Shown here: in pieces, positions 1-7,782 of the stretch
Layout: each line of letters opens with the position of its first letter
Position numbering within the stretch: position 1 is the stretch's first letter
Source: Thermodesulfobacteriota bacterium
Lineage (GTDB): Bacteria > Desulfobacterota_D > UBA1144 > Nemesobacterales > N074bin48
Reading direction: 5' to 3'
DNA: 12,825 bases
NCBI GenBank assembly: GCA_041572575.1
Contig: JBFFSH010000074.1
Location: forward strand, 1 to 12,825
Notes under the pieces: generated by a model
Seen by the model: only the letters and a program-made list of their open reading frames with translations
Database searches by the model: none
Told to the model about the DNA's origin: nothing
Program-made: the position numbers and the translations under genes

Positions 1-116
1 ACAATGGAATTGACAGAAAACACTTTGTTTTGTATCTAAAAGAGATGGAATTTAGATTTAATAACAGAAATGTAGATTTAGTTAATAAAATAAAGGAGAT
101 TCTGCATTACTTATAG
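1..116 (+). CDS. IS1595-family DDE transposase, C-terminal fragment (5' partial)
   Basis: Frame from position 3 reads NGIDRKHFVLYLKEMEFRFNNRNVDLVNKIKEILHYL*, matching the characteristic IS1595 C-terminal motif (NG-I-x4-F-x-L-Y-L-K-E-x-E-F-R-F-N-x-R); not in the ORF track. Confidence 0.85.
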   Translation, partial: NGIDRKHFVLYLKEMEFRFNNRNVDLVNKIKEILHYL

Positions 117-118
117 CT

Positions 119-136
119 CTGTTCTATGCGAGCTCC
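119..136. repeat. Candidate right terminal inverted repeat of the IS1595-family element
   Basis: CTGTTCTATGCGAGCTCC just after the transposase stop; GC-richer than flanks; partner IR lies outside the window so its inner limit is approximate. Confidence 0.6.
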
Positions 137-278
137 TAAATAAATACTGCTAGAAACAAGCTATTAGAACAAAAATAATTAGAATTTAAAATAAGTGGCC
201 CTAATTATTTATAGAATTTTAATGCTATGTTGAATAATTTACAACTAAATTTATAAAAATAGCTATAAATAATTTATT

Positions 279-419
279 TTACCAGGGAAGGCCCTGAAAC
301 AATTCTGGAAGTTGTGGACCAAATAAAGAGATAGCAACCAGTGTTGCAATAAAGCCAAATACACCGAATATAAGAGCTCCACACACTATCTGAGTAATAA
401 AGTCAAGTAGTCTGTCCAT
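279..419 (-). CDS. 46-aa single-pass membrane protein, candidate small ACIII subunit
   Basis: ATG 419-417 to TAA 281-279: MDRLLDFITQIVCGALIFGVFGFIATLVAISLFGPQLPELFQGLPW. Starts 4 nt after the actF stop; GGAGG (435-431) lies 11 nt upstream; one uncharged hydrophobic stretch of about 23 aa; sequence becomes sharply AT-rich right after the stop. Confidence 0.8.
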   Translation of the reverse strand: MDRLLDFITQIVCGALIFGVFGFIATLVAISLFGPQLPELFQGLPW

Positions 420-423
420 ATTA

Positions 424-1680
424 TTAGTGGCCTCCGTGTCCGTGTGCTTTACCTACAAACATAGGATCGCCTACAGGCAGTATTGGAAAGATTTTGATAA
501 AACATAGAAATGTTAAAACAAACCCGGACGCAAAACCGGCTGTTATTAATATTTCAATAAATCCAAAGTGAATACCGTGAGATATTGATGGTACGATAAG
601 CACATATTTTTCAAGCCATAGTCCTGAAAGCGAAACTACCGCAATGAATATTGTTAACTGATTTACTACTTTTGTAGTTCTTGGTATAAGGGATACAAAT
701 GGGAAGAAGAAACAGCATGTAAGAATAACCCAACAAAGTGTTGCAAATGGCTCTACCTGCGTCCTGGCTATAACAAATCCTGTTTCCTCAGGCATATTTG
801 CATACCAAATTGGTAAAAACTGAGAAAATGTAAGGTATACCCAAAACATCGACAGACCAAGCATAATCTTGCCAATATCAAAGTACTGATGGTCCGTGAT
901 ATATTCTCCAAGCTGCATGTGCTTTCTTAAGTAAGAAGACATGATTATAATCATTCCAACTGCGCCTAAAATACTTCCCATGAAATAATAAGGGCCAAAA
1001 AGCGTGCTGAACCAGTGAGGATCGAGCGACATCATAAAATCCCAGCCGATAAGGCTAAAAGTAAATGCATATACTATTGCTATTGCAGGGCAAAGTTTTA
1101 CTATTTTCGCCCATATCTCTTCTCTTTCATCATCTCCTTTCCAGCCCTCGGCAATATTTGCACATATACCGGTTAATTTTTCTCCTGCACCCCCAAGATC
1201 CTGCCTTAGTGAATAGTAGAGATAAATCATACTAAGTATAAACAAGAGTCCAAAAGCGATCAGGTGTCTTCCAACTACAAAACCCGGCGCAAGCCATACT
1301 TCTTTTGCAGCATAAGGATAGGGCTCTATAATATAAGGAAGAATATAATCTTTACCTATAAATAGTAATACCAGAAGAAGTATAAAGGATACTGGCACAA
1401 ATGAACCCAGCGCCTCACTTACTCTTAGAAGTGGTCTGCCCCATTTTCCTCTTGTAAGTCTTAAAATTGCTGAAAACACAATTCCTGCCTGTGCAATACC
1501 GGTCCAGAACACAAAATTAACTAAAAAGATCTGCCAGGTGTCGTGTGAATGTTCCTCTGAGAAGGCGTTTGTTAAAAATACAAATACACCGATTATAAAT
1601 AAAGAGCCAAAAACCACCCAAAGAAGTGGTGAAATTTGAGGTCTTTTAGCTAATATTTCGTCTCTTATTGACTCATCCAT
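424..1680 (-). CDS. actF: Alternative complex III membrane subunit ActF (NrfD/PsrC-like paralog of ActC)
   Basis: 418 aa polytopic; motifs WDFMMSLDPHWFSTLFG and SQFLPIWYANMPEE typical of ActF; N-terminal NFVFWTGIA similar to ActC NFVFWVGIA; sixth gene of the act order. Confidence 0.92.
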   Translation of the reverse strand: MDESIRDEILAKRPQISPLLWVVFGSLFIIGVFVFLTNAFSEEHSHDTWQIFLVNFVFWTGIAQAGIVFSAILRLTRGKWGRPLLRVSEALGSFVPVSFILLLVLLFIGKDYILPYIIEPYPYAAKEVWLAPGFVVGRHLIAFGLLFILSMIYLYYSLRQDLGGAGEKLTGICANIAEGWKGDDEREEIWAKIVKLCPAIAIVYAFTFSLIGWDFMMSLDPHWFSTLFGPYYFMGSILGAVGMIIIMSSYLRKHMQLGEYITDHQYFDIGKIMLGLSMFWVYLTFSQFLPIWYANMPEETGFVIARTQVEPFATLCWVILTCCFFFPFVSLIPRTTKVVNQLTIFIAVVSLSGLWLEKYVLIVPSISHGIHFGFIEILITAGFASGFVLTFLCFIKIFPILPVGDPMFVGKAHGHGGH

Positions 1681-1705
1681 GTTGTATTCCTGATACTCTC
1701 CTAAA

Positions 1706-2212
1706 CTATTTAGAACTATTCTGTATATGTCTTATATAATTTACTACCTGCCATGACTGTTCTTCAGTCATATTCTCACGGTAACTTGGCATCATTACTT
1801 TTCCGCCATATCTTATGTATGCAAATATATATCCATCAGTTCTATCTTTTACTGCCTGCACTTTTAAATTAACCGGATAAAAACCCTTTTTAATGACGGG
1901 ACCGTTTCCATCGGCTTTTTCACCATGACAAACTGAACAATTTGTCATATAAAGCTGTTCACCTATTTTTACATCGAGCTTCGAAGCTTCCAGTCCGTTT
2001 TGGGTTATAGCCTCTACCTTCTCTCTCTTTTCAGGATTTACAATTCCGTCTATTGTTACTGTACCCTTGGGATAAGACATCGGCATTTCATAAGGCTTAA
2101 TCGATTTTTGCTTCCACATATCATAGTTCCACGGAAGCCCAATTACTGAAATTGAAGCTGATATGAATATTATAAGTGTTGTTAATATTAATAATTTTGT
2201 TCTTCCAAACAA
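1706..2212 (-). CDS. actE: Alternative complex III monoheme cytochrome c ActE
   Basis: One CxxCH (CSVCH), distal MMPSY Met ligand region, DMxxQ..KPYE N-terminal motif, position between actD and actF. Start placed at TTG 2212 because AGGAG (2224-2220) is 7 nt upstream; the ORF track uses TTG 2227. Confidence 0.88.
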   Translation of the reverse strand: MFGRTKLLILTTLIIFISASISVIGLPWNYDMWKQKSIKPYEMPMSYPKGTVTIDGIVNPEKREKVEAITQNGLEASKLDVKIGEQLYMTNCSVCHGEKADGNGPVIKKGFYPVNLKVQAVKDRTDGYIFAYIRYGGKVMMPSYRENMTEEQSWQVVNYIRHIQNSSK

Positions 2213-2242
2213 AACCTTTCTCCTCAATATAAATTTATAAGG

Positions 2243-2764
2243 CTAGTGCAGCCCCTCAAATTTGACTTCTTCAGCCTCTGTATCATTCATTATCTTTTCC
2301 ACATCACCCACTCTGTCTTTTTCACATACTACAGCGAGCCCAAATTTATCATCAGAAAACCTTGGATCGTACAGACTTACAGGTGCGTTTCTTCTAATCC
2401 TCGCATTTACAATTAAACCTATAAATGTTGATAATGCTCCCATAAGAACAGTAAGCTCAAATACGATAATCATATAGGGAGGCATAGATACAATGGGTTT
2501 GGCACTAACCTGAATCGGCCAGTCCATTGATGTAAGAGTAGTTATTCCAATTCCGCATATAGCTCCAAGGGTAGCGCCAGTGAGGGTAAAAAATCTTACG
2601 ATACTCTCACTTTCAATTAGTGCATCTTCAATTTCATGGTTTGGTACAGGAGAAAAAACTCTGATATCTTTTTTCTCATGTCCCGCGTTTTTAAGTCTTC
2701 TTATGGCTTCTAAGACTAAATCTACGTATGAATATACTCCAACTACACCCTGATTCTTTTTCAT
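2243..2764 (-). CDS. actD: Alternative complex III subunit ActD (DUF3341)
   Basis: 173 aa, two hydrophobic helices, motifs FSPVP, DWPIxVxxKP, FELTVL, YDPRFSDDKF; starts 2 nt after the actC stop. Confidence 0.93.
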   Translation of the reverse strand: MKKNQGVVGVYSYVDLVLEAIRRLKNAGHEKKDIRVFSPVPNHEIEDALIESESIVRFFTLTGATLGAICGIGITTLTSMDWPIQVSAKPIVSMPPYMIIVFELTVLMGALSTFIGLIVNARIRRNAPVSLYDPRFSDDKFGLAVVCEKDRVGDVEKIMNDTEAEEVKFEGLH

Positions 2765-2766
2765 AT

Positions 2767-4104
2767 CTATTTAGCCCCCTTTTTAGGAACCGGTAGTATT
2801 TCTTTCATCTCAGCTATCGCAACTGCCGGAAGAGTTTTTATAAACAGCAAGAAGAACATAAAGAACCATGCAAAGCTACCCGCTGTGATCCCAAGTTCTA
2901 TCAAAGATGGTTTATAAAATCCCCAGTTACCCGGATCAAACTCGTGAGAGAGTGATATTACGATGATATTAAACCTTTCAAACCACATTCCAATGTTAAT
3001 TAAAAGTGAAATAATAAAAAGTGCTTTAATATTATGTCTAATTTTCTTAAACCAAAGCGTAATTGGAACAACCACGTTACAAACAACCATTATCCAATAA
3101 AAAAGAGCATAATCCCCGGTTGCCCTATAAAGAAACTGTCCCCATTCATGAGGGTTGCCACTGTACCAAGCCATAAAAAACTCTGCTCCATAGGCATATC
3201 CGACAATACCTGATGTAAGAATAATCATTTTTGCCATGGCATCGAAATTATCCATTGTGATATAATCTTCTAAGTGGAATATCTTTCTAATTGGTATACA
3301 AAGGGTAATAACCATTGCAAGCCCCGAGAAAATAGCACCTGCCACAAAATATGGCGGGAATATAGTTGTATGCCACCCAGGAGTATTTGCCATAGCAAAG
3401 TCCCATGACACAACACTATGAACCGATATTACAAGAGGAGCGGCAAAGGCAGCAAAATAAAGATAAGCCCTTGTATAGTGCAGCCATTCCCAGTTTGAAC
3501 CCTTCCAACCAAGAGATAGTAATGTATAGATAATTTTTCTTGGTTTTTCTACTACCCTGTCTCTTATTGCCGCAATGTCCGGAATCATACCTATAATGAA
3601 AAACACCGTACTTACTGTTGCATAGGTACTTACTGCAAAAACGTCCCAGATAAGGGGTGATTTAAAGTTAATCCAAAGCTCTCTTTGGTTTGGATAAGGC
3701 ATAAGCCAGTAAAAGTTCCATGGCCTTCCAAGGTGAATAATGGGGAAAAGACCAGCTGTGGCAACCGCAAATACGGTCATTGCCTCGGATATCCTGTAAA
3801 TAGACATCCTAAACCGGGCCCGAAACAGAAATAATATTGCCGAAATTAGAGTCCCTGAGTGTGCAATACCTACCCAGAACACAAAGTTTGTAATATAAAC
3901 TCCCCAAAACACTGGGTGAGAGTAACCAGCTACACCAAGACCTACGTAAACCTGGTAAATAAAGCACATAGCGCCTATTCCCAAAATTGAAAGATCGAAT
4001 ATAAATAGTGCAAGCCACTTTGCAGAAGGCTTTTCAAGCATCCTTATTATATCGTCATTAACTCTTGAGTATGTAAGCGGCGTAGTAGTAGTTTCGTTGC
4101 TCAT
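2767..4104 (-). CDS. actC: Alternative complex III quinol-oxidising membrane subunit ActC (NrfD/PsrC family)
   Basis: Motifs WGVYITNFVFWVGIAHSGTLISAIL, RISEAMT, IHLGRPW, SPLIWDVFAVSTY, SVHSVVSWDFA, WHTTIFPPYFVAGAIFSG, WFERF; start overlaps the actB stop (TAATG at 4106-4102). Confidence 0.96.
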   Translation of the reverse strand: MSNETTTTPLTYSRVNDDIIRMLEKPSAKWLALFIFDLSILGIGAMCFIYQVYVGLGVAGYSHPVFWGVYITNFVFWVGIAHSGTLISAILFLFRARFRMSIYRISEAMTVFAVATAGLFPIIHLGRPWNFYWLMPYPNQRELWINFKSPLIWDVFAVSTYATVSTVFFIIGMIPDIAAIRDRVVEKPRKIIYTLLSLGWKGSNWEWLHYTRAYLYFAAFAAPLVISVHSVVSWDFAMANTPGWHTTIFPPYFVAGAIFSGLAMVITLCIPIRKIFHLEDYITMDNFDAMAKMIILTSGIVGYAYGAEFFMAWYSGNPHEWGQFLYRATGDYALFYWIMVVCNVVVPITLWFKKIRHNIKALFIISLLINIGMWFERFNIIVISLSHEFDPGNWGFYKPSLIELGITAGSFAWFFMFFLLFIKTLPAVAIAEMKEILPVPKKGAK

Positions 4105-7100
4105 TATGCTTTATCCCACTCAACTTTTTTAAGATAGCTAACCGTTGGCATAGTATTTAATTCTTCAAGTACATGATAACTTCTTTTATCTTGTGTTTTT
4201 TTATAGACCTTACTGTCATGGTCTTTTAGATTTCCAAATGTAATTGCCTCTGCCGGGCAGGTCTGCACGCATGCAGGCTTAACATCTCCGTCCTTAATCT
4301 TTCTGTTCTCGTCTTTAACCTTATCTTTTGCAGCAATAATTCTCTGTGAACAGAAGCTGCATTTTTCCATTATACCTTTCTCTCTTACAGTAACATCGGG
4401 ATTTAGCTGCATATGAAGCGGCTCCGGCAGTTCATAGTCATACCAGTTAAACCTTCTGACCTTATATGAGCAGTTGTTTGCACAGTATCTTGTCCCCACG
4501 CAGCGGTTATAAACCATCACGTTAAGACCTTCATAGTTGTTATAAGTAGCATATACGGGGCATACAGGCTCACACGGGGCATTGTCACAGTGCTGACAGA
4601 GCATTGGTATAAATTTTGTTTTAAACTCATCGCCGTCATCAAAGAACCTTTCGATTCTTATCCAGCCCATATACCTTCCTCTGGATACCTGATCCTTTCC
4701 GACAAATGAAACATTGTTTTCAGCATTACATGCAGTTACGCATGATCCGCATCCAACACACTTGGAAAGATCAATACTCATACCCCAGTGGTTGTCCTGA
4801 AATTCTCTCTCGGGATACATATTCAGTTTTCCGTGGCCGCCCCCGTGACTATCACCACCATTTCCATGACCCCCGCCGTGAGAGTCACCATGACCATCGC
4901 CACTATGTGCCAGAGCGCTTACTGTTGTAGCCTGCGCAATGTGCCTGTCTTCCTGAGAAAAGGTCATCTGAACTTTTACAAGCTTGTCACTATCCCCTGA
5001 TTTGGACACATTTGCCTTTGTTGATAGCCATGCAAAGGCTCCAGAATTTATATCTTTTTTATTAGGCAGAATATCCAGCACATTTACTCCCTTATCATCG
5101 CCAAACTGTCCTATTGATGTATGACCTTGTCCCAATGCAACTGCAACAGTGTCCTCTTTTATGCCTTTAAATACAAATGCCTGAGTGGTAATAGATCCCT
5201 GTTCTGTTTCAATTGTAATATAGTCACCTTCGCTAACTCCGAGTGAACTTGCCGTGTCAGGATGAATCTCTGCCCACGAATCCCATACTGATGTAGAAAG
5301 CGGCTCAGGAAGTTCTTGAAGCCAGGGTCTGTTTGCTCCTCTTCCGTCATAAAGACTAAGAGAGGGATAAGTAACAAAATAGAGATTGCCTGATTTATTA
5401 TCAATTCTGGATTCAGTAAACCTTATTCTCTGTACTGAAGGAGAAAGAGAAACACCACTTGCGGAATAATCTGCATAATAGCCGCCTGCCTGTTGAGATG
5501 CTCTCCAGAAATCTTCAAACAGCCTGAATGACTGGTTAGCTGAGTGAATTTTTCTCCATGAATTTTGTAGATAAGATAGGTAGTTTATATGATTTAAGTT
5601 TTCATATGTAAGCTCAAGCTTTTTAGATACCGATAGAAGAGTATCACCTATGGCTTTAGTATTGAATATTGGCTTCATTGCCGGCTGAATGAGACCATAA
5701 ACGCCCCTTGCCGGGAAATAATCACCCCACTTCTCAAGTGTAGTATTGTCGGGAAGAACAAGATTAGTTTTTGTAGTGGTTTCGGTTGGTTGTGATGATA
5801 ATGAAACCACATGTGATACTTTTTCCAGTGCCTGCTCAAATCCAAGCACTTTGGGAACTGAATAAACAGGGTTTGTATCATAAGTAACAAGCAGCTCAAC
5901 CTTCCCATCATTCATTGACTGCACGAGCTCTTCAATTTCCCGGTATGTAGCTACATCGCCTATGGACTGCGAAGCATTAAAATTAATTGTTTTGCCTATG
6001 TTTCCTGAAACATAGTTCAGTAAGTTTATAGCAGCGATTGTTTTTGTAGCGTTATCCGTAGCATTTGTAAGTGATCCGCCGACTGCAAGGCTTGATTCTG
6101 CCTTAGCAAAGTCTCTTGCAAGCTGTTTTATCGTATCAGCAGCAATATCGGTTTTAGAGGAAACCATTTCCAGTGTGTATCTTGAAACAATCCCTCTTAG
6201 AACACCCGTATCAGGAGCATTCGATAGGCCTGAATAGATTATTTCTCTTACAAGACCAAGCGCAAGAACCATCTCAGTACCTGGTTTTATTGCAAGCCAG
6301 CTGTCTGCATTTGCGCCGGTAAGAGCCGAGCGGGGAGATACATATACAAACTTACCCATCTTACCGTGATCATAACCATGCATATGAGAAAACTGCTTGG
6401 TGTAGCTTACCGGGGACAGCCATGTTTCTAAAAAGTCTGCGCCAAAAGAGACTACAAAGTCTGCCTTATCGATATTATATGTAGGTATTTCATTAATTCC
6501 AAAGGTAATTCTGTTTGCTTCTTTTAGTGATTCATAAGAAACAGGCTCATAAGAAATATGTTTTCCGCCGCCAATGGCTGCTAGAAAATCGCTAATGAGG
6601 CTATTCAGAGTGCCGGATACATTGTTCGTAAGAAATACTATCTTGTCTGCATTTCCAGAGTCTGTTAGCTCTTTTATTATTTCAGCAAATTTAGTCTCTG
6701 CCTCATCCCAGCTAAGCGGCTCCATTTCACCTGCTTCATTCTTGTAAAGAGGGCTTCTGAAACGGTCGGGATTGTACTGCCCCTGAAGTGAGGCATGTCC
6801 CCTTGCGCAAAGACTTCCTGAGTTTACAGGATTCTCAGGATTTCCTTCTACCTTAATGGCCCTTCCGTCCATATTTTTTACTATTACGCCACAGCCTGCA
6901 GGACACTCTGTACAAGTGCTTGCATACCAGTTAGGTATACCGGGGATTACATTGTCTGGAGGAATAACATAGGGTATAAGCTCATCAGCAGGCTCTGACC
7001 AACAGCCTGATACTGCGGCACCTGTGCCAACTACACCTACAAGCTTTAAAAAATCCCTTCTTTTAAGCCCGTTTTTATCTTCGGTTTGTTTTATTAAATC

Positions 7101-7109
7101 TTTAGACAT
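4104..7109 (-). CDS. actB: Alternative complex III subunit ActB (fused molybdopterin-oxidoreductase-like B1 and Fe-S B2 domains), Tat lipoprotein
   Basis: KRRDFLK Tat motif then VSG-C36 lipobox; DGRGANRPWLQELPEP motif; B2 Cys groups CVGCGSCVTAC, CQHCDNAPCEPVCP, CVGTRYCANNC (Thr in place of one Cys, [3Fe-4S]-type as in ActB), CSFC...CVQTCP. Confidence 0.95.
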   Translation of the reverse strand: MSKDLIKQTEDKNGLKRRDFLKLVGVVGTGAAVSGCWSEPADELIPYVIPPDNVIPGIPNWYASTCTECPAGCGVIVKNMDGRAIKVEGNPENPVNSGSLCARGHASLQGQYNPDRFRSPLYKNEAGEMEPLSWDEAETKFAEIIKELTDSGNADKIVFLTNNVSGTLNSLISDFLAAIGGGKHISYEPVSYESLKEANRITFGINEIPTYNIDKADFVVSFGADFLETWLSPVSYTKQFSHMHGYDHGKMGKFVYVSPRSALTGANADSWLAIKPGTEMVLALGLVREIIYSGLSNAPDTGVLRGIVSRYTLEMVSSKTDIAADTIKQLARDFAKAESSLAVGGSLTNATDNATKTIAAINLLNYVSGNIGKTINFNASQSIGDVATYREIEELVQSMNDGKVELLVTYDTNPVYSVPKVLGFEQALEKVSHVVSLSSQPTETTTKTNLVLPDNTTLEKWGDYFPARGVYGLIQPAMKPIFNTKAIGDTLLSVSKKLELTYENLNHINYLSYLQNSWRKIHSANQSFRLFEDFWRASQQAGGYYADYSASGVSLSPSVQRIRFTESRIDNKSGNLYFVTYPSLSLYDGRGANRPWLQELPEPLSTSVWDSWAEIHPDTASSLGVSEGDYITIETEQGSITTQAFVFKGIKEDTVAVALGQGHTSIGQFGDDKGVNVLDILPNKKDINSGAFAWLSTKANVSKSGDSDKLVKVQMTFSQEDRHIAQATTVSALAHSGDGHGDSHGGGHGNGGDSHGGGHGKLNMYPEREFQDNHWGMSIDLSKCVGCGSCVTACNAENNVSFVGKDQVSRGRYMGWIRIERFFDDGDEFKTKFIPMLCQHCDNAPCEPVCPVYATYNNYEGLNVMVYNRCVGTRYCANNCSYKVRRFNWYDYELPEPLHMQLNPDVTVREKGIMEKCSFCSQRIIAAKDKVKDENRKIKDGDVKPACVQTCPAEAITFGNLKDHDSKVYKKTQDKRSYHVLEELNTMPTVSYLKKVEWDKA
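4830..4889 (-). repeat. Duplicated peptide GDSHGGGHG in the ActB B1-B2 linker
   Basis: Copies at 4889-4863 and 4856-4830, separated by Asn-Gly; identical as protein, diverged at synonymous positions. Confidence 0.85.
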
Positions 7110-7123
7110 CTATTCTCTCCATC

Positions 7124-7699
7124 CTAGTAATGGCAGGTCAAACAATCTTTTAGTCTTTCAAGCTCTTTTTCATCCTTTGCGTTATCCTCATGGCATGTGA
7201 TACACCAACCCATCTCGATCTTTTTAACTCTTTTAACCACATGCATGTTTTCTACTTCACCGTGGCATGCGCTGCACTCGATGCCCCTTTTTATATGAGG
7301 TTTATGTTTGAAACGAGCGTGCTCGGCAACATAGTGTACTTTAACCCATGGTATTGGGGTCTTTTTATCCCAGTAATCTTTTAATTTATTTATTTCTGTC
7401 TGGAAGTTGATCTTTTCAGGTCCATCTTCATAGAGCTCATCTTTTCCGGGGATATGAGTATGACAACCCATACATTTCTGAACAGATGGGATTCCGGGTT
7501 TGGCTGATACTGCTACATAGCTGTGACAGTACTCACATGGAATTTGATTTTCACCGGCGTGGATTTTGTGACTGAAAAAAATCGGCTGTGTTGGCCCTTC
7601 AGACTCACTTTGCGCATCTCGGTTAGATATTACCGATACTATTGTTATTGCAGCAACGAGTAGTATTGCCGCCATTCCATCCTTAAAACCTTTTTTCAT
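7124..7699 (-). CDS. actA: Alternative complex III pentaheme cytochrome c ActA
   Basis: Five CxxCH (CEYCH, CMGCH, CSACH, CITCH, CLTCH), QPIxFSHKIHAG, MGWCxxCH and terminal CHY typical of ActA; N-terminal hydrophobic segment. Confidence 0.95.
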   Translation of the reverse strand: MKKGFKDGMAAILLVAAITIVSVISNRDAQSESEGPTQPIFFSHKIHAGENQIPCEYCHSYVAVSAKPGIPSVQKCMGCHTHIPGKDELYEDGPEKINFQTEINKLKDYWDKKTPIPWVKVHYVAEHARFKHKPHIKRGIECSACHGEVENMHVVKRVKKIEMGWCITCHEDNAKDEKELERLKDCLTCHY

Positions 7700-7754
7700 A
7701 TTATAAATATTTATTGAAAATATTGGATTGATTTATACTGTGAAAAAAAAGCGT

Positions 7755-7782
7755 AGTATGTCATAATCAGTTTCTCTGTCAA
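7755..7782 (-). promoter_or_regulatory. Candidate sigma70 promoter of the act operon
   Basis: Minus strand TTGACA (7782-7777), 16-nt spacer ending TGA, then CATACT (7760-7755): perfect -35 plus extended TGn -10, about 55 nt upstream of actA. Confidence 0.55.

Larger units (their letters stand above)
1..136 (+). mobile_element. Right end of an IS1595-family (IS1016-like) insertion sequence, truncated by the window edge
   Basis: Transposase C-terminus (stop TAG 114-116) is followed by a terminal IR ending at 136 whose reverse complement GGAGCTCGCATAGAAC resembles IS1016-type ends (GGGGCT..TAGA); AT-rich flank TAAATAAA at 137-144. Confidence 0.75.

Noticed and set aside
10..38. TTGACA-N17-TATCTA promoter-like motif pointing antisense to the act operon
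   Set aside because: Lies inside the transposase coding frame and the -10 lacks the conserved final T
173..210. 10-bp inverted repeat AAATAATTAG/CTAATTATTT as act operon terminator
   Set aside because: Almost all A/T with an 18-nt loop; too weak to call an intrinsic terminator
2262..7384. Short ORF-track entries 2262-2477, 3809-4018, 4706-4930, 4788-5000, 5159-5404, 5675-5911, 7190-7384
   Set aside because: Antisense or out-of-frame shadows inside well-supported act genes; the His-rich look of 4706-4930 just mirrors the Gly/His codons of the ActB linker
2767..7699. Annotation as polysulfide, tetrathionate or nitrite reductase (Psr/Ttr/Nrf) or as Qrc
   Set aside because: Fused B1-B2, DUF3341 ActD, monoheme ActE and a second NrfD paralog in the order A-F identify ACIII
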